The notes under the pieces were generated by a model. The model was not told where the DNA came from and did no database searches. It saw nothing but the letters and a program-made list of their open reading frames with translations. Below are positions 51,386 to 64,000 of a DNA stretch of 64,000 nt, in pieces. This DNA comes from Paraspadella gotoi (lineage: Eukaryota; Animalia; Chaetognatha): assembly GCA_051294375.1 (NCBI GenBank), contig CM119271.1:7864162-7928161 (forward strand). The letters are read 5' to 3'. Every line of letters begins with the position of its first letter. Positions within the stretch are counted from its first letter, which is position 1. The position numbers and the translations under genes are program-made.

Positions 51386-54300
51386 ATCATCATGCCAGTG
51401 CGTGTGCGGATGCTGAAACTTATTCATATTTTCTAATCGTTTTTGCTAATGAACAAAAGAATCCATATTTAGTGTTTCTAATCAATTTTGGTTGAGAAAA
51501 CAAATTATTAAAAAAAAAAACGAAAGCTGGACCTCTCGTAACTTCGATTCGCAATTCGAGGACCTTAATCGCAATCATCGGCGGGCAGAGGCCAATAAAA
51601 GCGTCGACGCGAAATGAGAAAAGACAACCGAAAAATAAAAGGGAGAGTATTTATTATGTTGGACAGAAACCGAATTTCGCTCTTGCGCGATCTCTTCTCT
51701 CTCTCTCATTTCTTTCTTTATTTCCTTCTTTTTAACTCTCCTCTCTCTCTCTCTCTCTCTCCTCGTGCTCTCCTGCTCATCTCCTCTCCTGTCTCCTGGT
51801 CTCTCTCTCTTCCTCTCTCCTCTCTCGCTCAATCTCTCTCTCTCTCTCTCTCTCTCCATTTTCTTGCTTTCTTAATTTCTTTCTCTTCATATTCTTTAAC
51901 TCCTCTCTGTCCTCTGCCTCTTCTCATCCCTCCATCCCGGTTCTTGAAAAGCGTTGTCGTCTTTGGGATCTCAACGACGACGACCGACCGGCTTTCTAAT
52001 TAAAGAATTTTTTCCATCGTTTTCTCCCTTTATTGCTTTTTCTAATTTCGCTGATTGCCTCGTTCGTTTGTTTGNNNNNNNNNNNNNNNNNNNNNNNNNN
52101 NNNNNNNNNNNNNNNNNNNNNNNNNNNNNNNNNNNNNNNNNNNNNNNNNNNNNNNNNNNNNNNNNNNNNNNNNNNNNNNNNNNNNNNNNNNNNNNNNNNN
52201 NNNNNNNNNNNNNNNNNNNNNNNNNNNNNNNNNNNNNNNNNNNNNNNNNNNNNNNNNNNNNNNNNNNNNNNNNNNNNNNNNNNNNNNNNNNNNNNNNNNN
52301 NNNNNNNNNNNNNNNNNNNNNNNNNNNNNNNNNNNNNNNNNNNNNNNNNNNNNNNNNNNNNNNNNNNNNNNNNNNNNNNNNNNNNNNNNNNNNNNNNNNN
52401 NNNNNNNNNNNNNNNNNNNNNNNNNNNNNNNNNNNNNNNNNNNNNNNNNNNNNNNNNNNNNNNNNNNNNNNNNNNNNNNNNNNNNNNNNNNNNNNNNNNN
52501 NNNNNNNNNNNNNNNNNNNNNNNNNNNNNNNNNNNNNNNNNNNNNNNNNNNNNNNNNNNNNNNNNNNNNNNNNNNNNNNNNNNNNNNNNNNNNNNNNNNN
52601 NNNNNNNNNNNNNNNNNNNNNNNNNNNNNNNNNNNNNNNNNNNNNNNNNNNNNNNNNNNNNNNNNNNNNNNNNNNNNNNNNNNNNNNNNNNNNNNNNNNN
52701 NNNNNNNNNNNNNNNNNNNNNNNNNNNNNNNNNNNNNNNNNNNNNNNNNNNNNNNNNNNNNNNNNNNNNNNNNNNNNNNNNNNNNNNNNNGAGAGAGAGA
52801 GAGAGAGATAATCGTGTCTTTCATCAGACATTAAGAGACTCTACGCGTTGGGATTTGCTGTAGAAAAGCTGAAGTGACCATTGACTAGTCAATAAAGCTT
52901 ATGTATGTAATATGTATGAAAAAAGAAACTGATTCGATGTTACGACAGAAAGAAACTGATTTTATAGTTAGTATAACGCTTTGTTAGCTAAAGACAATTA
53001 ACTTTAAAACATGAATCGTACCAAACTTACGCAGAAAGGAAGGAAAAAATTCTCAAAACAAAAGGGAGTTTTCTTCTCTTCCCCAAGTTATCTATGAGCG
53101 TTGATGTCAACATCTCGGGGTTAGACGCTGAGAAAAGAAGTCAAGAATGACAAGGAAGAAAGCACAAAAAAAGCTGAAAAAAAAGCATAAAGAAAACATA
53201 AAGAAGCGGAAAAAAAATCGGGGGAAAAAAANNNNNNNNNNNNNNNNNNNNNNNNNNNNNNNNNNNNNNNNNNNNNNNNNNNNNNNNNNNNNNNNNNNNN
53301 NNNNNNNNNNNNNNNNNNNNNNNNNNNNNNNNNNNNNNNNNNNNNNNNNNNNNNNNNNNNNNNNNNNNNNNNNNNNNNNNNNNNNNNNNNNNNNNNNNNN
53401 NNNNNNNNNNNNNNNNNNNNNNNNNNNNNNNNNNNNNNNNNNNNNNNNNNNNNNNNNNNNNNNNNNNNNNNNNNNNNAGCTTTCCTCTTCTTTTGCCTTC
53501 TTATTCAAGGCTTCTCTCTTTCTTTTGATATATTTTCTCTTTTTTATAGTTTATCTCAATAGTGGGATTTTTTCTCTCTCCTTTTCATTTACGTGGATTT
53601 TTTTACGTTATTTATCCCTCCTTTTTTCTCATTTTCTTTTTTTTCTTCTTTTTTTTCTCTACGACTTCTTTCTTGATCTTCGCCCGAGAGAGGAGGGAAG
53701 AGAGATGAGGCAGAGTGCAGGTGAAAGAGATGATGGAGAGTCGAGAAGAGATGCGAGAGGATAAGAGTGCGGAGAGGGAGCAAAGGGAACCGGAGGAGAG
53801 AGAGAGGAGAGACGAGAGAGATGAGGAGAAGGAGAGAGAGGAGAGAAGAGAGAAAAAGACGTATCATTTATTTGTCTGTATCAGGGACAATAGAGCTAGT
53901 TGTGCTTCTTCCAGTCCCTAAGCCCGGCGAGAGAGGATAATTCGATTTTGTTCTTTTCAAATACAGAGGCACCGATTAAGAGGACTCTCATTTTCTGCTC
54001 AATTGTTTTGGATAGTGCGGGAAAAGTTTCATTTTGGTGAGATTGCCTTCCGTCGATTAACCATTGTAGAAACAGCTGAACCTTTTTCTTTTCCATTTCA
54101 CCTCTCTGAGGTCGTTTTGTTTACCTTTGACTATGTCAAAATAAAGCTATTGTATGGTTGATTGACATTCACCTTTATGGAAATTGTAATAACTATACAG
54201 TAATATAATTAACATGAAGACCTTATAATTAGTAGATATAACTGCCCTATGCGCTATGGTATACTCGACAAGGCGATAATACCCCCAGGACAATCTGAGT

Positions 54301-56014
54301 TTTTTTTAGTATTATTTGGTTCATTGTCTCCTATATCAACGCTATCCGTGTATAGCTTAAAGGGACAATATTGAACTTTTCATAGGGCTAACCTAACGCC
54401 ATGGAATCGTAACGCCAAATCTTAACGGGCAGCAGGATTGTACACTCCTCTCTTCAGTGTACCCTATCGCCCGTCCCGGACACTAATCCCAAATCTTTCA
54501 AAACCAATTTCGCCTCGAATATTAACAAATAGTGGCCCGGGGCGGAGGGAATTTCTTCTCTCTGCCCCAAGTTATTCCTGTTTCGGTCAATCTGGCCAGG
54601 ACGGCATCCGTCGCTTCGATGGTCAAGCAATCTCAGGGGGTTAGCGACTCGCTGACCGCCACCAAAGAAGTCAAAGAATGACAAGGAAGAAAGCACAAAA
54701 AATAGCTGAAAAAAAGCATAAAGAAGGATACCAGTAATAATGACCCGGACGCCTGCGAAAAAAAATCGGGGGAAAAAAAAAAACATGCCAACAGCATGGT
54801 ATCCGATCAGCGTCCACTCAATTTTTCTGCTTCATCCCCGCGAGACGCCCGAGAATGTCCTTGGCATTCTATTCACAGAGAGAGAGAGATAGAGAAAACG
54901 AGAGTAATGAAAGGCCCTTCAAAGGAGTGGCGGGGGTTCGCAGGGACGCAGTAATAGGGTTTGACGCGCAGAGCCTCGGCCCGTCCTGCTTCGCCGAGCG
55001 CGATGCAGCCGTGCCGAGGAAAAAAGGTGTCGAGTACGTGTGGCGGAAAGTTTCTTCCAATCCTTGGCAGGGGAATGTTTAATAAAAAGAAAGAAAAAAA
55101 GAAGAAGAAAAGATAACGATATACAAGCCAACAGAAGATTTATCCTTGATTAAGTGCACAAGCTATCCTGCCTTTTGCTCCAAAGTCAGGGTTAGCCTAT
55201 TATTTATTTTGAATTAATCTATGAATTTTTTAAATTGGTCTTGGATTTCAAAGGGCATTTTGGGCCCCTGCCCCCCCTCAACTTATCTCTCACTCGCGGC
55301 GAATGCTCTTTAAACTTGAGAACTCCTCAGTCTCAACTTTCTTTTCCCCAAGTTCGTCCCACTGGGATCTTTTCACTTCCGACTCGAATCTTTCGAATTT
55401 GACGGCGACGAGTCGGTCGGAGACGTTTCGGTCCAGACTGGCCGGACCATTTTTTGCGTTATCCACCGCTCGCCGGGAATTCGCTGCGGTGGAAGTCTTT
55501 TTTTTATGGTTGGTGGGAGAAACGAAGGAAGAGATCAAATTTTTTTTCAATTTTATTCTAAAATTTTGTCTTTCTTTTTTTCTTCTTTTTTTTATTTTTC
55601 TTTTCTTTTTTCCTTTCTCTTTCCTTAGATTTTTTATTTTCTTTATTTCTTTATATTATAAATTTTCTTCTCTTTCCTTCCTTTTCTTTTCTCTCATTTT
55701 TACCTATCCTCCCCTTTCCTCACCCCTTTGTCCCTTCATTTCTTTTCCTCCCTTTTCTTTCTTTTTCCTTTTTTTCCTTCTGTCCCTCACCAGCGCTTCA
55801 CCATTCACCACTCACAATTCACCATCACCACGTTTCTCTCAAATCTTCCCGACGTCGCTTTATCCCGCCCAACTTTTCTTCCCGATCCCCCAAAAGCCTT
55901 ATCCGCTTTGTTCTCCTGGTTGATTCCTACTTTGATCGCTTTAGAGCTTCGATCTCGATTGTGAATGTCGTTCGCAAAGAGTTGAAGAATTTGAGGCGCC
56001 TCTCTCTCTCTCTC

Positions 56015-56088
<74 letters not shown>

Positions 56089-59000
56089 TCTCCTCTGTCT
56101 CTCACACACACACACACACCACCCAATACGAGCTGTCTTTCAATATGTCGTCCATTTTCGCGCCGCCTGTCTCTAGATGCGTCTTGCCAATTTCTTTAAC
56201 ATTTCCGACAACTGCGTGCCATTTCCTCCGCCATCTATTTTTCTCTTGTTTCGCCATCATCAAATCTGCAACGTACGGGATCGAAAAAAGAGGTCAGAGA
56301 GATATATATATATATTATATATATATTGTTTCCTTGACCATGTTCACATGTCCATCATGCTCTTCATTTGTTCGTTTCAGCGTTCTTTAATTCCTTGGTT
56401 CATTTCTGTCCATCTATTCTATGGCCATCGCCTGTCGTTTAAGCTGTGCATTTGCTAAACTCCCTGTTTCATCTACCAGAAATTGGAAAAAGAATGGAAT
56501 TAACCTTAGTAAGATTTCACATTTTGGATAAAGGACGAAGATGATGTGTCCTTGGCTCTCCTCACCCTGGCTGTGCTGCAGCCGCCCGCCGCCGCCGCCG
56601 CCGCACCCCCAATACCCAACCCTTCCAGGTCTTTCGCCTCTGGAACCTAATTGCCACCCATCGCGCATTGCTCTCGATGTCTTTGGGATCGAATTCAAGT
56701 CAAATAAAATTTTGAAAAAAATTGCAAGAAATTAGGTTTAGAATTTGTGCTCGTTTTATCAAATATAAATCTCATATCATGTTGATAAAATTTTTTTTTC
56801 ACCAGCCAGTTATCCTGCATCTCTTTGAGTTGAGCCCAGACGCTCCAAGATCGCCGTCAGGCCAAAGTCTTTAACAGATTTTTGAAGTCGGCCAACCTCG
56901 GTAGGGAAAAAAGGCAGGGGGGAACATATTGATAGACAACGCTTTTGATTGCCATCAAAGTCAGATTTTCTTGATCTGATAATCGAGTAGCTTATTCTTT
57001 CTACCTTATAATCCGCTGTCTATCAAAATGTCACCTCTGCCATCTCAGCTGTGTTAAACTTTGGCTCTTCCATCGCCATCTCAGGCTTTCGGGGTTAACC
57101 CACCCTTGCGTGATCTTCACCAATCTCCCCTTCCTGCGACATCATCTCACCCTTTTTCCCTGCCCATCTACCTGTCGGGGTTATCCATGCCACCATCATC
57201 GCTCCCCTTTTCCTGCGCGGCTCACCGAGTTATCCATGCCATCTTACGATTGCATAGTCTGCCCTGTTTTCCCTGCGCGGCTCACTCTCGGGACTTCCTG
57301 CCAATTGACTCAAAAGCTCGTTGAGTTGCTTCACATCGCTTTCCGCTCACGAGGTCCCATTTTTCCTTGAAAAGGAATTTCGTTGGAGAATGTTTCTTCC
57401 CGCGTTTTTCAGGCATGTCCTTTTGTTTTTTTTGGTTTTTTGCAGTCTTTTTTTTGAAGGAGTGTATAGTTCAGTTTATTCCACGTCGGCTCGCAAGCAA
57501 ACTGCAGCAAATGGCCTTCGTCACCTGTGCAGAGTGTGGGTTCGATCTTCTTCTTAAACTTGAAATATCTTGGCCATCAAGTCTTCCGAACAGATTCGAG
57601 TCGGGGCATTCGTTCAGGTGTCGGCGAACGAGAGGCGAGCTGCAGATAACACAACAACATCAAAGTTATCACCGGCCTTGAGAGCGTCCCCCCCTCAAAG
57701 AATGAAGATTATCTTTTGCCGAAGTCATTTTCGTTTATCCTTGTATTATATTTGATGGAAACTGGTGAAGGATGTACAATAATTACTAAGTTCTAATAGT
57801 AATAGTGTAACACTAAGCGGAAATATATCGCAATAGTTTCATAAAAACAGGTAAGCCAGGTTTGCTGTGGAGTTAAATAATTAGATTGTAAAGAGTCTTC
57901 ATTGAAATCTTGCAGGGTGCTACTAATTATATATAATTAATTATTAATAATTAATTAATTATTATCTTATGCATTGGAAGCTTACGTTATAGGCTCTCCA
58001 AAGTCATTAGGGCAAGTTAGCTTGTCGGAACAAATTTTATCGAGAATGAATGGATTTGGAGAATCACACGCACTCACGGTCACCAGACTCATTGAGACTC
58101 TTTTTGGAGCGCTTTGTTTTGGTCCTTCCTCTTTCGCTCTCCGTCGAGCTCGCGTCTGGGGAGTAAAAAAAATTGGAGAAGATTCATTCGAGACGTTTAA
58201 GGGGCCGAGTTTTATATTGGTTTGAAAGTATTAAAACTTTATGAACTAATCGATGAGGTTAATATTTAATAATTTATAAATTAAATTAAATCTGACTAAC
58301 CACTTGATTCTGAATCGTCCGCTTCCTCTTCTTCCTTTCTTTCTTTCTTTTCCTCCGTTCGTGCGTCGTGTCGATCGTCTCCTCTTCCTCTTGTTTCTTT
58401 CCCTTTCCTTCCTCTTCCTCTCCTTTCTTCGTCCTCGTTCGTCGTTCGTTCTCTTTCCTTCCCCTTTTCTTTCCCTTTCCTCCTCTTCCTCCTCCTACTC
58501 CCCCACTCTTCTTCATCTTCTGGTTCCTCCTCCTCCTCCTCTTTTTTTATTCTTCCCTTTTACTTCAAACTCTTCCTCCTCCTCATCAATCAGTTCTCCT
58601 CCTCCTCTTCCTCCTTTTTCTTTCCCTTCTCCTTTCCTACTCCTCCCTCTTTCTCTCTCGTCCTCCGTTCCTCGCATCCTCCTCGATTCGACTCCTTTGT
58701 GTCATTTAGACTTCCCTTCCTCCCTCCGCGATGACGCATCGACGCCCGCAGAGAACTTGCTCTTTCCTCGTCTTCGTCACTCCCTTCTCCTCTTCTCTTC
58801 CTCTCGCGCCCGACTTTTTGCCACCTCATTCTTCCGCTTTCCCTTTCCTCGTGCAGTGCAATCTCCTTCGACCGATTCCTCCTCTCTATCTTCCTCCGCC
58901 GCCTCTAGATCCTCGTACCCGCAGATTTCATATCCTGTTTCCTCGTCTTTCGTTCTCCTCCCTTCCTCCTCTCTTTTCTTCCTACCCCTTTCTTCCACCC

Positions 59001-60299
59001 TCCCTCTCCCCTTCCTTTCCTCGTTCATCATCTCTCCCCTTCCTCCTCCCTTTTTCTTCCCTCCTTCCCCCTTTCTTTCCTTCCTCCACTTTCCTCTTCT
59101 TCACTTCTTTTCGTCATATATCCTCCCTTCGTCCTGCAAAAAAAAAAAAAAAACGAAATGGAACTTTATAAATTGAGCCGTGCATGTGACATTGGCGTAC
59201 TGTCCCACTGCCCTAGGGAAAACCCGCCTATATAGATTGTCTCAGTACAGTACCTACAGGCTCTTACAGTACGGTAGTTCCCTCATGTCGTAACCTTCGG
59301 CCGTGACTTCCGAGTGGATATTCAGGCTCTGCCCGGCTGTACGGAGATAACTGGCTTGATTTCCCAACCTGTTACTTACCCTTGGGAAACGTAGAGGACG
59401 GGTCGTAAAGTTAGCAGATAGGACTATACCTCTCACAAATAGGACTGTTACTGTCTTAGTGTCTATATGATAAGCATTCTAGGCTACCCAATCTCCATTA
59501 TTTAAGGCATTTAACTCGGTTCCTTGATTTTGTTCTTCCACTGATCCTTAGATATTAGGATATTTCTTCACTTTTATAGTAATAATGTGTCGTGTGCACC
59601 ATAAGAGACAGTCTTACTCTTAAGAACAATCTTATTCTTTGTGTGGTAAATGTTTATACCTATGTTGTAATAAATATATAATTATTTATAGCTACCCTTT
59701 TTAGCATTTTCCTCCTTTTCCTCCACCACCATTTCTTCATCTCCTTCCTTGGGAAGCTATCGACTTTTGCCGCGTTTTCGTTTCGTCCACCCGGTATTCA
59801 CATTTTGAAATAAATTGGATGAAGTTAACTGAAAGTTCTTTTTAAATTGAATTTTAAACGTGAAAAAGGGTTAAAAAACTAGACAATGGTTTAGATTCAA
59901 TGCCGAGGGTGCGACGAAGCGGTGCTTGAATTAAAATGGGGTTTCTGTAGTCGAAGGCTTCATACGATTAGATACCGGGATCGATCCCAAATTAAAAAAC
60001 ACTAGCAAACTAAGTTGCATTGACTCGGATTAGATGAGACGAGAAATTGTCGAAGCAAACAAATTGCCCAACGTACGAGTGACAAATGAGCAAACGAATA
60101 ACTCGTCGACAGCGAAGCCTGTCAGGAGAAATCGACTTTCTCTTTTCAATCGGTCGTCCCCGCATTCTTTGCCAAAGTCTTTCGCTTCTGAAGAGAGGAG
60201 AAAAAAGAAAAGTTGAAAAATTAAGTTCAAAAGATTTTTTACAATTTGCTGTTCACTAGCTAGGTTTGTTTTTTCTTTTTCTAATTCTTATCTCGTGAT

Positions 60300-60600
60300 T
60301 AAAGGATAAGACTTATGATAAGGACTTATGATAGGATCCTATTCTATCTATTATCTTCCGCATTTCATCCTTCCCTCGCCACTTTCACTCGCTTAATCCA
60401 GAGGGTCCATCGCTCGCTTTAATTTCCTTCGTGGAATTCCGGCCTTCCACCGTGGCAGCAATTGCTTTCCAGTTATAGACACAGTGACCAATCCTCCTCC
60501 GCCAACGATGATCGTCGATCCTGAGAGAAAGGCTAACCCATTGCAAGCAAGCAACCATTGGAACCAACCCTGTCAAGCGCAGCCCCACAGTGACTCATTC
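60300..60600 (-). mobile_element. Degenerate 3' fragment of an RTE-like LINE ORF
   Basis: LQWV..LRIDDHRWRRRI....NWK, then (frameshifted) GRP...RWT, echoing the RTE C-terminal W.GH..R..D.RW..R...W.P...R..GRP..RW.D motif; followed by short atcataagtc repeats as a possible tail. Confidence 0.4.
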
Positions 60601-60707
60601 ATGAAAGATCCAACTTTGGCAACCATGGTAATACGTGAGTACTACAACTAGTCGGTCTTTAGCAATGATAAAAATCATGGGATGGACCTAAAATCACAAC
60701 CGTCACG

Positions 60708-60779
60708 GCGGCCATGGTGCGAGTGCAAGTCATTCGCTCCCAACCCCAAAAGTCCGGGGTTCTAAGCCGGGTGGGCGCC
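60708..60779 (+). mobile_element. tRNA-derived SINE head or tRNA pseudogene (Gly-like)
   Basis: A-box-like TGGTGCGAGTG, B-box-like GGTTCTAAGCC inside a CCGG/CCGG stem, acceptor-like GCGGCCA/TGGGCGC; the anticodon arm does not pair. Confidence 0.5.
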
Positions 60780-63741
60780 TAGCAGTTAAGAGGGACTGGC
60801 GCTAACCCGCGTAACATGGTGGTTAGGCTGATCCGAAGCTCAGGGACTGGCTTATATAACGGTTTCTGTCATTAACTTTATCAATCAATTACTGGGTCTC
60901 TTCAAAAATGTCAAAAATCTTATCTAAAGTTATCATGAGTGATAGGAGGCAGATGATAGAGTAGGCGTGGATTGATTGGTCGAATGGAGAAAGCCAAGAA
61001 AAGGCGGAATCGATGATTGATGTTTGGCAGATGCAAATCAAGAACCTTTCCGGATTCGGAGTGTTATTAACCCTAAATCTTATTTCGGATTCTCCTTTAT
61101 AAATTGTGATTGATCGGAGGAGAGAGGCCGAGAAGACAACGAAAGAAAGTGAGTTTAGAGAAATTATTAAACCCAAAATTTGGATTTCGATAGTCCGTGC
61201 AGATTGACAGTCTTGATGGTAGGCCAATATTTACAACCAATAACCCCAAAATTATCATTTTTTCCGATAAATAAAAGCCCTAATCTCACCTTCAGGGTCG
61301 CAGGTTCCAGAAGTATTGGACGCGTGAGGTGATTTTTTAAGGTTCATTTCATTCGTATATTCAAAGATAAATGACCATAGGGGTCGCAAGACTTTTCCCA
61401 ATCAAAGCTCTCACAGTCTAGTTTATCAACGTCCGAGTGCCTGGAGCGTGTCGTATAATAAGTGAGTTTATGAGGTAATTAGGAAATGATGTAGAATAGT
61501 AGATGAGAGTAAGTATAAAGTGAGAATAACTATATAGACATGTATAAGGATAAACTATAACGACATTTCACGTAACTTCTGCCTTCTTAATTCAAGGCTT
61601 CTCTCTTTCATTTGATACGAATTGTCTAGCTTTTATGTTTATCTCAATTAAGTTGGGATTCTCTCATCCTTACGTGCGATTTTTACGTTCAATTATCACT
61701 GCCCTCCTTTCTTCATCTCTGTCTATATAACTACGACTTTCACAAATCTGATCTTCCCCTCCAGCTCGGACCTCTGTCATCGTCACGCAATGACTCATGT
61801 CCGCAAACTTCGGAAACTAGAACAATTTAAAAACAACTGATAAACGTCAAGAAAAAACGAATAAAAAATGAAGAACACGAAACATAAAGAAAAGAAGAAT
61901 GACTCAACCGTATATTACCAATCTGCCTTCCAGATCGAGTAGAGTCGCCGGCGATAAGAATTACTGGTCAGTCGAGAGGATAACTAGACCTTAGTCTCGC
62001 CCGTGGTGCCCGGAAGTGGTCACGAGGAGGGTGTCGGGACCGACGCGGTTGTACCGAAGGAAAAAAGACTTTGAGAAAATATCTTTTCAATCGCTGGTTT
62101 TTAAGTCTTTGCTTGTCATAGCAAAATGAAAGATATTTCATAGATATATTGTTAATTCCATGACGAAAAACACTATATAAATCTCCTTATTATCCTTTAG
62201 CGAGGCAAAGACCAAAACAATTGAAATTCAAACTCCAAATCTTGCCAGATATTGANNNNNNNNNNNNNNNNNNNNNNNNNGAGTTCTCTGTAAAACTACG
62301 TAAAATATATTTTCTTTTTCTTCTCTTTTTTCTCTTCGTTTCATTTTAATTTCTTTTCATTCCTAACACATTAACACAAAGTGCCTCTATAAAACTTTCC
62401 CCAGTATGTATCCCTATCAGAACATACAATTCTACTGTGTAGTCTTGTCCTTATGGTAAAAATAAACATACAATATAACCTTAATCCCCCCAAAAAATTA
62501 TCCCTTCCCATCCTTTTTGTTCGGCCTTGTAGATATTATGAGTTTCTCATTAATGATTTTCCAACGGGAATGATGTAAGATATCTATTATTAGAAAACTG
62601 GAACAGAAAGTAATCTAACCTTGTGTTGTGTAGATGCATCCTCTATTTCCAGAAGACAACACTAACGTCCCCATCCCAAACAGATAAATAATATTATATT
62701 TTAATATTTAACACAAAAATATTTTAACAATTAAATAAAATCATAAATAATAGTTGTTTTAAATCTAAAAAAATAAAAAATAAAGATAGTGAAACAAGTA
62801 GTTTTGCAACTTTCATATAACCCTCCCAACTAAAACTAATGATTAAAAAAAAAAATTATCGAAAATCCCTTCAAGATGGAAAAAGAAAAAAAAAAGAAGA
62901 AATTCCCGCGCAAAAAAAAGAAGGAAAAAAAAAAGAAGAAGTGATGTAAAAAATTTGTCGTCAACTTTTCGGATCAGAATTTTTATCCACGCGAAATTTG
63001 ACGCCCGACGATCGCACGAGTTCCTCCACCGCTAGGGGGGGGGNNNNNNNNNNNNNNNNNNNNNNNNNNNNNNNNNNNNNNNNNNNNNNNNNNNNNNNNN
63101 NNNNNNNNNNNNNNNNNNNNNNNNNNNNNNNNNNNNNNNNNNNNNNNNNNNNNNNNNNNNNNNNNNNNNNNNNNNNNNNNNNNNNNNNNNNNNNNNNNNN
63201 NNNNNNNNNNNNNNNNNNNNNNNNNNNNNNNNNNNNNNNNNNNNNNNNNNNNNNNNNNNNNNNNNNNNNNNNNNNNNNNNNNNNNNNNNNNNNNNNNNNN
63301 NNNNNNNNNNNNNNNNNNNNNNNNNNNNNGTCTTCGTTTCCTTGTTTGTTCAATGTATTAATGCTTATATATATATCATCTGTACAAGTTTCGGTCATCA
63401 GCCTCTAACCACGTCCGGTTCTGCTTCGACTTTTCGAAAAAAATGAGAATGACTGTGAAGTTCTGTGAGGAAAATGAGATTGGCTGTGAAATGCTGTGAG
63501 GAAAGAATACTTTCCACATATTCATACGTTCAACTATATTTTGAAAGGCTGTTGATGTCCTTAAAAAAGCCACCGGAGTGGGAAATGGATTTATTTTTAG
63601 GTGAACCTCGAGCAACGCAATCTATCTGCTTAGAATTTATGCCTATTTCGATCCGCTTGGCACTCCACCCGGAGAGAGGATTTTTTTTTTTTGGGGGGGG
63701 GCGAAAATAACGTCTCAAGTCTTAAATTCGAAATTTACTTT

Positions 63742-63793
<52 letters not shown>

Positions 63794-64000
63794 GGTTAAA
63801 GAGAAGAATTCCCACAATGTATTAATTCAAGAACTAAGTAAAGTGATTTATATGGAAAATTTAAAAAATCTGACGAGATTCGGACGCAACCAGATGTAAG
63901 TCAAAATAAGATATTCGTCAAACAACGTCACGTGATGATGTTGCGTCTCACATCAACAACAACAACAAAGACAATAACAACAACAACAACACAAACGGGA

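Noticed and set aside
51954-52863. Long ORFs spanning N runs (also near 200-400, 35.4-38.0 kb, 53.2 kb, 63.0 kb)
   Set aside because: Open only because N translates as X.
53896-54096. 66-aa normal-complexity minus-strand ORF
   Set aside because: No recognisable motif or clear splice sites, and it lies in low-quality sequence.
58304-59176. 290-aa ORF and similar S/L/F/P- or R/E-rich ORFs across the window
   Set aside because: Products of pyrimidine/purine low-complexity tracts that lack stop codons by composition.

Overview
Eukaryotic (invertebrate-animal-like) draft genomic sequence: repeat-rich, microsatellite-laden ((GA)n, (GAC/TCG)n, (TTTC)n, (CAT)n) and heavily gapped. It has seven exact 25-N gaps, one 100-N gap and long indel-ridden stretches that look like low-coverage long-read gap filling, which duplicated several kb. 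No prokaryotic genes, rRNA or CRISPR are present, and nearly all ORF-track entries are microsatellite or N artefacts. The only recognisable host gene is a minus-strand turtle/IGSF9-family Ig cell-adhesion gene. Three exons of its first Ig domain are readable (29074-29239; 12235-12103 or longer; 10191-10307). Its F-G loop is strongly expanded (at least ~60 aa, lysine-rich), and a 51-bp in-frame repeat array supplies a ladder of phase-compatible candidate splice donors. Mobile DNA includes a 660-bp TIR element with a matching empty TA site, a second MITE, a dead Gypsy/Ginger-type integrase in a 3.5-kb tandem duplication, DINE-1/HINE-like elements, a foldback satellite, an RTE-like LINE fragment and a tRNA-derived SINE head.
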